Source of the DNA: Octopus sinensis
Lineage: Eukaryota
DNA length: 64,000 nt
Reading direction: 5' to 3'
Assembly: GCF_006345805.1 (NCBI RefSeq)
Contig: NC_043009.1
Coordinates: forward strand, 38,006,001 to 38,070,000
Notes under the pieces: generated by a model
What the model was told of the DNA's origin: nothing
Databases searched by the model: none
The model's input: only the letters and a program-made list of their open reading frames with translations
Position numbers and translations under genes: made by a program
Shown: positions 53,919 to 64,000 of the stretch, in pieces
How positions within the stretch are numbered: the stretch's first letter is position 1
How the letters are laid out: every line of letters starts with the position of its first letter

Positions 53919-54435
53919 TCTATATATATAAAACTGTAGTTGTGTGAGTGTCTGTCCCCTTCGATTTAGATTCCTAACTACTCCCACATTTTGCGGTGCA
54001 GTTTAACCAAAACCGGGTATCTTACAGTCGTGATTAATATCGAGCCCGTCTGGCTATTAGCGCGCGTCTACGATGAGTCTACGATTTTAAAAATAATTTA
54101 ACATAATTTTTTATTCCATTTTAATGCATAATTTTTCGTGTGTCGATGGCGGCGGAGTTGGCGTCCACGCTCAAACACCTGCACCTGTGTTTGCTTCTCC
54201 CCCTTCTTCCCTCCCTCGTGAAGCTGTGGGGAAGGGAGTTTAAGGAAATCAACGTCGTAAAGCGTTGTCAAGGAGACCAGCGTTCTTTTAGAACAACGAC
54301 TTCATGGCTTGAAGACACCAAAACAGAAATGGCTAAGAAAGCCCGAATTGGCATCTATAAGGGAAGTAACTCTCTAAAAATGCTTATATAGTTATTTCCC
54401 TTACAAACCCGAGCAACGCCGGGCGATACTGCTAG
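53919..54435 (+). mobile_element. Non-autonomous Helitron, complete (517 bp)
   Basis: A|TCTATATATATAAA at the 5' end, subterminal hairpin cccgagcaacgccggg (54408-54423), CTAG|T at the 3' end, and no TSD. Confidence 0.92.
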
Positions 54436-54981
54436 TGTATTATAGGACCTTAGCATCTTCAGAAATTCAACTGTATCTTTATTTTTTTTAATTCCTGTAA
54501 AGTTTATTATTCAATTCATCGTTTCAATACCGAACGCTTTAAGCTCATGTCTAGCGTTTCTTTAAGAAAAACATCGAGAACAAATTCCATATCCCCTTTT
54601 CTCTCTCACGCCCGTTCTCTCCATCTGTATTGTTGAAGCTATTAACACTATACAATTTTACATTAAAATATTCATTTATGTACCATCCTTAACATATACA
54701 TCATTGACAGGCACGTTGCTGTGGGTTTCGTTTGAGAGAAAAATTTCTTCACAGACATGACGTGTTAAAACACATGTCGGAATAAAACGAACATCGTCTC
54801 AGCAGTGATCCATGAAAAAGCTTGATGCATTTCAGCTTCTTTGAGCCTTGTACTCGCTAAAGTATGTCCCCTACGATATAGAGGAAATAATGGATAATTT
54901 ATTTCACTGATATTGCGGAAAGCCGTCCGGCTAAATAAAAACTCTGTGTACGCAAATGACACAGAATTTGTTTTCCTCTAG

Positions 54982-54996
54982 AAAGTTTCAAACAAG
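54982..54996 (+). CDS. Candidate 15-nt microexon (AAAGTTTCAAACAAG); coding status unknown
   Basis: Acceptor aatttgttttcctctag and donor AAG|gtgaga; length is a multiple of 3 and all frames are open. Confidence 0.3.
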
Positions 54997-55154
54997 GTGA
55001 GAAGTCTCTTGATGCAAGAGACTATGTTGAAAGAGAAATTAAGATGAAAGGAATGAATTTACTTTAGACTTGAAAGAGTTGAGGTCATAAGAAGCAGGGA
55101 AAACAAAAACGAAATGAAAGTGAGTTTCAAAGTCTGGCAGTTCGAGGAAAAAAG

Positions 55155-55385
55155 CTACGACCACAGAAAGACTTCCTTATTCGTAGAAGTACAATATTTG
55201 GATGAAGACGCTGTGAGGCGAGATGGCATAAAGTGATTTGGAACTAGGAGAGACAGTTCATCAGAACACTTCCTGTGGTAATGAAGATACAGAATACTAA
55301 TAGTAGCGACGTCACGTCGATGTGACAAGGGTTGCAGAATTGAAGCAAGAGAGGGACCAATCAAATCAGAGACTCGCTTCTAAAC
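55155..55385 (-). pseudogene. CR1/Jockey-group LINE RT C-terminal remnant
   Basis: LIGPSLASILQPLSHRRDVATISILYLHYHRKCSDELSLLVP matches the LINE motif L.PL..RR.VA.L..FY.Y..G.CS.EL..LVP. Confidence 0.85.
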
Positions 55386-56001
55386 CCTTTCAACAAGAGA
55401 AAGGAACAAAAAAACGTAGGGTTGGATTTATCCTCGATATTTTTGGCTTAAAGAAACACTAATCATAAGCTTAAAACGTTGTGTTGAAACGTTGAGTCAG
55501 AAATTTTATGGGGATAAAAAAAAAAAATAAAGATATGGGAGAAATGACAGAAGATGCAAAGCCATTTTATGTAGCATATTTAGCGTATATACAACGTTCA
55601 CAGGCATGATGCTGTAGTTTTTATCAGAGAGAAAAATCTCTTTATAGACATTATAGACATGCTGCCATTCATTAAAGCAATAAATACAAGAGATTAAAGC
55701 TAGTGATTAGCTTCTGCGTGAAAAGTGCAACTCCAGCGGAAAGCTGTCTTAAATCAGTCTGTAATTAAGAAATGCTGACCTAGTACGATTAATTAATGTA
55801 ATGAAGCAAGCGTCTAAAGGGGATTTCATCAGCTACAGCAGAGAAGTAAGTAGGATTACAGTAAATAATGAATTTTAACATACGTTGAGGTTGCTTATCC
55901 CTCGGTTAATACTGACTGAACAGACAGATATTTGATCACAGTTATTCCCACCTGATCAAGCCGACCTATGATCTTAAGTTATTCTAACCGTGCCTATCAA
56001 G

Positions 56002-56392
56002 TCTCTTTTACTTGTTTCAGTCATTTGACTGTGGCCATGATGGAGCACTGCCTTTTAGTCGAGCAAATCGACCCCGGGACTTATTCTTTGTAAGCCCAGC
56101 ACTTATTCTATCGTTCTCTTTTGCCGAACCGCTAAGTTACGGGGACGTAAACACATCAGCATCGGTTGTCAAGCGATGTTGGGGGGACAAACACAGGCAC
56201 ACACATACATACACACATATATATACATACATATATACGACGGGCTTCTTTCAGTTTCCGTCTACCAAATCCACTCACAAGGCTTTGGTCGGCCCGAGGC
56301 TATAGTAGAAGACATTTGCCCAAGGTGCCACGCAGTGGGACTGAACCCGGAACCATGTGGTTGGTAAGCAAGCTACTTACCACGCAGCCACT
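56002..56392 (-). mobile_element. SINE family A, near full length
   Basis: Reverse complement of the family A consensus; its 5' end abuts the TTAA of the adjacent MITE. Confidence 0.92.
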
Positions 56393-56396
56393 TTAA

Positions 56397-56589
56397 CCGT
56401 TTTTGTTATATTTCCGTTGAAATATAGTCTTTGTTTCAATAAAATTTGAAAATAATGGTGAATTATTAAGATATTGTTATTAAGCTGGTTTTTTAAATGT
56501 AAATTAATGTGGATTCTGGTGGATTTTAATGAAACGGAATTTATACTATAGGACTTAGGAGTGGTCTCAGGTACGTTGGTACCAAAAAG
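56397..56589. mobile_element. piggyBac-type MITE family 2
   Basis: TTAA|ccgtttttgttatatttccgttgaaata ... ggtaccaaaaag|ttga; related copy at about 63500-63686. Confidence 0.75.
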
Positions 56590-56839
56590 TTGAAGGCATA
56601 AAGGATTAGGAGGGCTAGGTCTCTACACACAGACGCAGCAAGCCCACAGACATTTAGACATTCTTGATGCCACCTGAGCCAGTCCCTCCGCTAAAGGTTA
56701 AATAGGTCCAGTGCTTTAAGAGTAAACTCGGGGAGACCAGGAGACTAGTATAGTAAATAAAATAAACCGGCATTAGACAACAGGATACTACTGAAAAAAA
56801 AACATGAAACACCAGACTGGCATAAATGGCCATGATCAC

Positions 56840-56940
56840 TGACGCCGGAAGTCATGGCGCACAAGAGGAACGACATAAAAAAAACAAAGAAATGAAAGCT
56901 GACTTCAAAAAAAGGGATTACCGGAAGTAACTTCCGTGGG
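56840..56940. promoter_or_regulatory. Housekeeping-type promoter motif cluster (CRE half-site, ETS sites, YY1-like core)
   Basis: TGACG at 56840, CCGGAAGT at 56845-56852, CATGGCG at 56853-56859, and the inverted ETS pair CCGGAAGT-A-ACTTCCG at 56921-56936. Confidence 0.5.
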
Positions 56941-57949
56941 TTCTGGTTAAATTTTTATTTCAAAGCCGAAAATTCGTTTTCAACTGCTAAATATATTTTA
57001 ACGTTTAAAACAAAAAAGTAATTGAAGATATTTTTAGTTTACATTAAAATTTAGCTATTTAAAGCTACGTACGTACGTACTGTTTGTTTCTGTTTTGTTT
57101 TTATTTTGAAGTGTTTGCAATAGATCAAATAAAAATGTTCTTAAAGAATATAATTGAAGTTTTTCAAACAGAAAACATTTTGCAAAATTTAGCTTTAACT
57201 TCATTGTAAACATTAAAGAAAAGTGTGGTATAGAGGGCATAAGCCAACTTTTGTAATATATATATATACACACACACGTATGTGTATATATATATTTACA
57301 CGCACAAAAACACACATATATAATGTGTGTGTATAGGTTAGATAGAACAGGAGAAATAGAACTTAATACCTGGCCTTTTTATTTTATGTTTTAATTATTC
57401 GCATTTCAGAAACGTTCTGCCTATTAGTAAGTACACATATGTGCATAATGTTAATGTATACATATGTATGTGTTTAGAAGTGGTAGATATTCGTTCGTTT
57501 ATTGGTCACAAGGGCTAACAAAAATCATATATACAATAAGGAAAGGCTACAAGCACACACGTAAAATCTTACAACATACTGGTTTTATTCTCTTTGGTGA
57601 AATTTATTGAAAACATTATTATTTAAAAATTTTTTTTTTTTTGTTGTCGGGGACAGACGACCGGCCGCAGACTCCACGAATGCTAGTGTAAATTGACTTG
57701 TGAATCTATGTGTACAGACGGAGAAAGAGAGAGACATGAATCCTAGGGAAGACGGTGGACAATACAGACAGACGGAAAAAGGTGGTAGGGGAAGGGAAGT
57801 GGAAAGGCGGGATGGGACGTGTGCGAGGTGTTGTGGGAGTGTTAAAGTGAAGGGAGCAATGAACAAGAAAGGGGAAAAATGTAGTGGACGAAAGGGGGGC
57901 CCCGCCGGAATGGGGAAGGACTGAAAATCGAGTGGGACAGAGCGGGGTT

Positions 57950-58510
57950 GGGGGGTGGAATTGAGAATGAGAGCGGGATTAAGATTAGGGGTTAAAGTGA
58001 AGAAGGTAAGAGGGATAAGGAGGTGAGAGCGAGAGAAAAAGAGAGGAGTAGGGGACGTGAGAGCGAGTGAAAAAGAAGGGTACAGTGAAAGGGTAGAGGT
58101 ATAGGGAGGAGAGAAAGAGAAAAGGTAGAACGATAGGGAAGCGAGAGAGAAAAAGGGGTTAAAGTGAAGGTAAGAGGGATAAGGAGGTGAGAGCGAGAGG
58201 AGTAAGGGAGGTGAGAGCGAGTGAAAAAGAAGGGTACAGTGAAAGGGTAGAGGTATTGGGAGGAGTAAAGGGGTAGAGAAAAGATAGAAGGATAGGGAAG
58301 CGAGAGAGAAAGAAACCAGCGGATAGAGAAATAGAAGGAGGGAAATAAAATGACAGGGCGGAAGGGAGAGAATGAGAGAGAAAGGGAGAGAGTGAGGGAG
58401 GGAGGAAGGGAGAGAGTGAGGGAGGGAGGGAGTGAGGGAGGAAAGGAGAGAGTGAGGGAGGGAGGGAAGAAGGGAGAGAGGGAGGGAGAGAGTGAGGGAG
58501 GAAGGGAGAT
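57950..58510 (+). repeat. Polypurine low-complexity tract with a tandem duplication of about 167 bp
   Basis: Units start at 57991 and 58158; gagagtgagggagg repeats at 58370-58510. Confidence 0.85.
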
Positions 58511-58952
58511 AGTTATATAGGTAGCCAAGGAAACCGAACGAAGTAGCTGGGACGGCAGAAAAATCCTGCTTAAAACCTGTTATGCCAGACCCCGTCAAAC
58601 ATTTCACACCCGCAAAATAACAAGCCTAGCCATTAATTGATGAATGACAAGGTGGTTGAATTTTTTTTTTCTTTTTCGTATCTTCAATATAAAACCGAAT
58701 AAAACAAATATTTCAATAGAAATATGGTAGGTAGAGAGTTTAAAAGAGAAGTTAGCTATTAAATTCTTAACGGTTTAAAAATAAATATCAGAACGACCAA
58801 CACATCTCTGTTCTTCCAAGTGGTTACTGGTGTCTCTCGCCCCCCCCCCTTTTTTAATGTTCCTTCGTTTTCTCTAGACTTTTCATTAGAAAAGATTTGT
58901 CAAGCTCTGCTAACACCTTCCTCCAGACTATGTGTTGTATATAACGTATATA

Positions 58953-59152
58953 CTCGTTTACTTGTTTCAGTCATCTGACTGCGGCCATGCTGGAGCACCG
59001 CCTTTAGTCGAGCAAATCGACCCCGGGACTTATTCTTTGTAAGTCCAGTACTTATTCTATAGGTCCCTTTTTGCCGAACCGCTAAGTAACGGGGACGTAA
59101 ACACACCAGCATCGGTTGTCAAGCGATGTTGGGGGGACAAACAGACACACAA

Positions 59153-59195
<43 letters not shown>

Positions 59196-59340
59196 CATAT
59201 ATACGACGGGCTTCTTTCAGTTTCCGCCTACCATATCCACTCACAAAGCTTTGGTCGTCTTGAGGCTGTAGCAGAAGACACTTGCCCAAGGTGCCACGCG
59301 GTGGGACTGATCCCGGAACCATGTGGATGGCAAGCAATCT
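58953..59340 (-). mobile_element. SINE family A (5' head clipped), followed by an inverted A-tail fragment at 59341-59453
   Basis: Direct comparison with the other family A copies. Confidence 0.9.
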
Positions 59341-59489
59341 ATATGTTTGTGTGTCTGTGTTTATACCCCCCCCCATCGCTTGACAACCGATGGGGGGGGA
59401 TTTGTGGTGCTCCAGCATGGCCCGCAGTCAAATGACTGAAACAAGTAAAAGAATAGATAGTTTCTAGTATCTGTCTGAGTTTATTATAG

Positions 59490-59574
59490 AAAGATAGATA
59501 GATAGATATGTAGGTAGATAGATAGATAGATAGATATGTAGATAGATATGTAGATAGATATGTAGATAGATATG

Positions 59575-59616
<42 letters not shown>

Positions 59617-59618
59617 TG

Positions 59619-59649
<31 letters not shown>

Positions 59650-59680
59650 CTAGCTATGTAGATAGATAGATAGATAGATA
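59490..59680. repeat. (GATA)n / (GATATGTA) tetranucleotide array
   Basis: Direct reading. Confidence 0.95.
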
Positions 59681-60228
59681 AGGAAGGAGGGAGAGAAAGA
59701 GAGTGAGAAACAGACAGACAGATGAGAATATATATATAACTGTTCATGAATGTGAAATAGGAATGAGTGTCGGATGCCAGGCTACCAACCAGGCTGCAAG
59801 CTTTAAAGTTATGGGACAAGCACACTGATAAGAGTTTTAAGGACAATACTTCAACACTTCACCCTCCTCAACCACCCCTTTTCATACAGACCTACCACTG
59901 ACACTTGCGGCTAAAAATAATGCACCTGAATGACTCAAGTTCATATGTGTGTGTGTGCGTGAAGCTTAAAATAATGCAGGTGACTGAATGGAAGATTAGA
60001 GTATGAATACGGTAGGTGTTCGGTTCAGGTCAACGGTTAAGTTGGCTCATGAACATCTGGAAATAAGGTTTGAAAAAAAACAGAAAGAGAGAAAGAAAGA
60101 AAACTCCTTGTTCTCTGAAGGGAGACATCAACTAATTACTTTACAGTGGAGAGATGATAATAATTATAAAGCATAAATAATACTCTTAAATACTTCTTTC
60201 ATCAATTCATACAGAACAATAAATAAAT

Positions 60229-60535
60229 CTCTCTCTATATAAAGCTGAAGTTGTCTGTCTGTGTATGGCAGGTTTGGTAGCCTTCAACTAACACTATTTC
60301 CTCGGAGACCCTGCGGTGCAAGTTGACCAAAATTGAGAGTATGATAGAAGAAGGCTTGCTCTTCCTTCTGTAGAAGAAAAAATTCAAATCGGACCATGTT
60401 TACACCAAAAATTATTTGCATCAAAAAGGTGCTTTTTTTTTTTCTATGAAAATCCCTGCTTTTTACGATTTTTTTTACTGCTGTGCCGCCATTTTTCGGT
60501 GTATTTCAACCAGGAAAATGTTCACTTAAAGAGAA
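60229..60535 (+). mobile_element. Non-autonomous Helitron 5' fragment
   Basis: A|TCTCTCTCTATATAAAGCTG start; it shares gcggtgca.gtt.accaaaa with 53919-54435. No CTAG end was found. Confidence 0.65.
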
Positions 60536-60560
60536 TAACAACAACAACAACAACAACAAC

Positions 60561-60688
60561 CCATGGTTGGAATTTATAAATATTTTAATGCATTGCTATG
60601 TTGTTTCCATAAATCAAAAGTTTTTTAAGGCTGATTTGTAGGAATGTGTGTAGAGATGCATTAAAATATTTATAAATCCAATCCATGG
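60561..60688. repeat. 128-nt hairpin (perfect 22-bp core plus extended imperfect stem)
   Basis: 60572-60593 is the exact reverse complement of 60656-60677. Outer ccatgg arms and inner ttccataaatca/tgatttgtaggaa also pair. Confidence 0.9.
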
Positions 60689-60840
60689 ATCATTATCATT
60701 GCTATATTTATCCTACATTATATCAGTACAGCTTGGTATGAGACCAAAAATCTGGTATTGTCAGTTGGTGTGTCACTAGTTTGTAGCTGGCATAATAAAA
60801 TAGGAGCTTTTAAATGCATATTCAAAATGTTTCCCCGTAA

Positions 60841-61221
60841 GGAGATGTGGCAAGTAGCTTGCTTACCAACCACATGGTTCCGGGATCAGTCCCACTGCAT
60901 CGCACCTAGGGCAAGTGTCTTCTACTATAGCCTCGGGCTGACCAAAACCTTTTGAGTGGATTTGGTAGACAGAAACTGAAAAGAAGCTCGTCGTATATAT
61001 ATATGTGTGTGTTTGTGTGTCTGTGTTTGTCCCCCAACATCGCTTGACAACTGATGCTGGTGTGTTTACGTCACCGTAACTTAGCGGTTCGGCTAAAGAG
61101 ACCGATAGAATAAGTACTAGGCTTACAAAGAATAAGTCCTGGGGTCGATTTGCTCAATTAAAGGTGGTGCTCCAGCATGGCCACAGTCAAATGACTGAAA
61201 CAAGTGAAAGAGTAAAAGAGT
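60841..61221 (+). mobile_element. SINE family A, near full length
   Basis: Matches 21164-21580. Confidence 0.92.
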
Positions 61222-61228
61222 ATATAAA

Positions 61229-61306
<78 letters not shown>

Positions 61307-61370
61307 ATACATCTATCTATATATACCTATATATAATTATCTATTTGTGTGAGTATATGTATGTATCTAT

Positions 61371-61417
<47 letters not shown>

Positions 61418-61680
61418 GAGAGATTAGTGGTAACATATATGCACACACACACACTCTAACTCATTTATTTGACTTGGGGGTATTACTGAGAACAGAAGTG
61501 TCAACTGTCCTAAAGCCTAGTTACCTATTATAATAATAGAGGAGGGTCTGATCAATTTCCCAGCAACAAATGAAAATACCTACTTTAGCTCCCTACAGAA
61601 TTAGTTGGCCTAGTAGTAGAATTAAGTACTTAGATATGTTATCCTATTGGCCAGCTAACAATTTGTGCTTGCACCGACAG

Positions 61681-61707
61681 CTGTTTGTAGTAATATGTGT
61701 TTCTAAG
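61681..61707 (+). CDS. Candidate 27-nt microexon (LFVVICVSK in the only open frame)
   Basis: Branch-point-like CTAAC at 61655-61659, TGC motifs before CAG (61678-61680), and donor AAG|gtgaga. Confidence 0.4.
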
Positions 61708-61883
61708 GTGAGATTAAAAGTGTAGACATTTATGTTGGTAACCAAATCAGAGGACTGTAGAACTGACTTCATTTTAAACCTGCCAAGAGTACAGATGTTT
61801 GTTTTCTTTTTGAACTATGTGGTTTTGGGGGTTCAGTGCTATTGTGTGGCTCCTCGGATGAATTTCTATTACTATAGCCTACA

Positions 61884-62095
61884 AGGCGGCGAGCTGGCAG
61901 AAATGTTAGCACGCTGGGCAAAATGCGTAGCCGTATTTCGTCTGCCGTTACGTTCTGAGTTCAAATTCCGCCGAGGTCGACTTTGCCTTTCATCCTTTCG
62001 GGGTCGATAAATTAAGTACCAGTTACGCACTGGGGTCGATATCTGTCCTTGTTTGTCCCCTCTGTGTTTAGCCCCTTGTGGGTGGTAAAGAAATA
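61884..62095 (+). mobile_element. SINE family B nested in an old SINE A head
   Basis: 13-bp TSD attactatagcct at 61868-61880 and 62096-62108. Confidence 0.92.
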
Positions 62096-62647
62096 ATTAC
62101 TATAGCCTGGACTGACTGATGTCTTGAGAGTGAATTTGGTGGATGGAAACTGCACTAAATTCCATTGTCCACACACACACACACACACATGGAACAAGAA
62201 TAAAAAAACATGGCAGGTTGAAAACAAAGAAACAGGGTACAGTAGGTTTACACTCAAGATATGTTTTGGGTATACATTCTTTCTTCTACAGAAACAATAA
62301 AGTGAGACAAAATTGGAGACAGTGAAGGACAAACATGTCTCAAACAGACAGTCACTACATGTTGAAATGACCAGAAAAGGGTGCTACAGACACCCTCTCA
62401 AAGTATTGGTTGGTCCAAGGCTATGGCAGAGGACACTTGTCCAAGGTGCTGTGCAATGGGATTGAACTTGAGTGAATTCCATATCTGCAGAGCCATGCCC
62501 ATACCCAACTTTTTTTTGGGGGGGGTAGCTGAAGGATAAGCAGGTGGGAGAGGATAATGACCATTGCCTTTCAGCCCCTCCAAGACTTAGATACAGGTGT
62601 AACTAGAAGAGATTAGATTAATTTGAACACATATTGGTTAGTAATTA

Positions 62648-62940
62648 ATCATCATCATTGTCGTCGTTTCGATGCTAGCATAGGTTGGACGGTTTGACTG
62701 TGGGCTGGCGAACCAGATGGCTGCACCAGGCTCCAGTCTTGATCTGGCAGAGTTTCTACAGCTGGATGCCCTTCCTAACGCCAACCACTCCGAGAGTGTA
62801 GTGGGTGCTTTTACGTACCACCGGCATGGGAGCCAGTCAGGCGGTACTGGCAAAGGCCTCGCTCGAATTTTTTTACACATGCCAACGGCACAGGTGCCAG
62901 TAAGGCGATGCTGGTAACGATCCCGCTCGAATGGTGCCTC
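62648..62940 (-). mobile_element. RTE-type tail family C1
   Basis: Reverse complement of the 25903-26315 sequence. Confidence 0.88.
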
Positions 62941-63716
62941 CTACATGCCTACATACATGAAAAAAAAAATATTTGGCACAGATAAAATTCTGGGGGGATG
63001 CAACTCTATGGTGGGAAATAGAATTAGGTGAAACATTTAATTTGAACTCATTTGAGTAAATGAGATAGAGTAAGGCTGACAGAAAAGAGTAGATGCACTG
63101 AATGCCTTTAGAGAAAGCAATATAAGGTAAACAGAGACCATTAAAGAATTAGTACAACAGACAGTTTGAGGATGCAGACCAATGTTGAGTCAGCAGTTAG
63201 GAAGTATAAATAAGTTTTCTGTTTAATGGAGACACTGGTTCAGGTGTGTAAACAGTACTCTAGTGTAGGATAAAGTTTCATCTTGTATAAAAAAGTTAGT
63301 TGGTTTTCAGTGCCAAAATATTTTCTGATTTGGGGGAAATAAATTGAGACATTTTAATCCAGTCTTTGGTATGTGAAGAATGTGTAGCTGCCTTGAAAAC
63401 TTTTCAAAATCTGTAATGCCAAGTGTTTAGAAAAGGTGAGGATTTTACCAACCATCCTAAGACTTTTCTTGGTTCCATGATTTAAACTTCACGTTTTTTA
63501 CCCTTTGGTTACTAAACTGTTGTTGAAATACACTAATATTGTTTAAAATAGTTTAGTAAAATGGCTGCCATTATCAAGCTGGTGTTTGGGACATAGTTTA
63601 ATATTAAATTTTGATAACTTTTAAACAGGAATTCATATTATAGGACCAAGGCACAGTTCCAGGAAGGATGGTATCAAAAATTTAAAGTGATCTAAATTAA
63701 AAGCTTTCATCATATA

Positions 63717-64000
63717 GGCGCAGGAGTGGCTGTGTAGTAAGTAGCTTGCTTACCAACCACATGGTTCTGGGTTCAATCCCACTGCGTGGCACCTTGGGCA
63801 AGTGTCTTCAACTATAGCCTCGGGCCAACAAAAGCCTTGTGAGTGGATTTGGTAGACGGAAACTGAAAGAAGCCCGTCATATATATATATATGTGTGTGT
63901 GTATTCACGTCCCCGTAACTTAGCAGTTTGGCAAATGAGACCGATAGAATAAATACCAGGCTTACAAAGAATAAGTACTGGGGTCAATTTGTTCGACTAA
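63717..64000 (+). mobile_element. SINE family A (runs off the window end)
   Basis: ggcgcaggagtggctgtgtagtaagtagc... head and a partial tail. Confidence 0.9.

Noticed and set aside
57585-58607. 340-aa Leu/Ser/Pro-rich minus-strand ORF
   Set aside because: It is open only because the minus strand is polypyrimidine; low complexity with internal duplication.

Overview
This is AT-rich, repeat-dense animal DNA, almost certainly a coleoid cephalopod and most likely Octopus. That call is inferred from the tRNA-headed CORE-like SINEs, RTE LINE tails and abundant (TA)n/(CA)n/(GATA)n tracts. No complete gene can be named, and nearly all ORFs in the supplied track are microsatellite or SINE artefacts. 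The window looks mostly intronic/intergenic. It carries three to four SINE families, RTE and CR1/Jockey-type LINE remnants, a Tc1 transposase remnant, piggyBac-, hAT- and pogo-type MITEs and two non-autonomous Helitrons. A probable minus-strand gene starts at about 49.4-52.7 kb (candidate first coding exon 49461-49351) and runs leftwards. A CpG-richer zone at about 49-59 kb has promoter-like motifs, and two candidate plus-strand microexons lie at 54982-54996 and 61681-61707. The leading observations are: (1) a consensus recursive-splice site (AG|GTAAGT) with a 68-nt exon carrying stops in all frames at 7.6 kb on the minus strand; (2) several long fold-back structures that would be ADAR or small-RNA substrates if transcribed; (3) repeated same-orientation nesting of one SINE family inside another at a shared motif. 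All coordinates and translations were read by eye, family names are from recall, and no database search was run.
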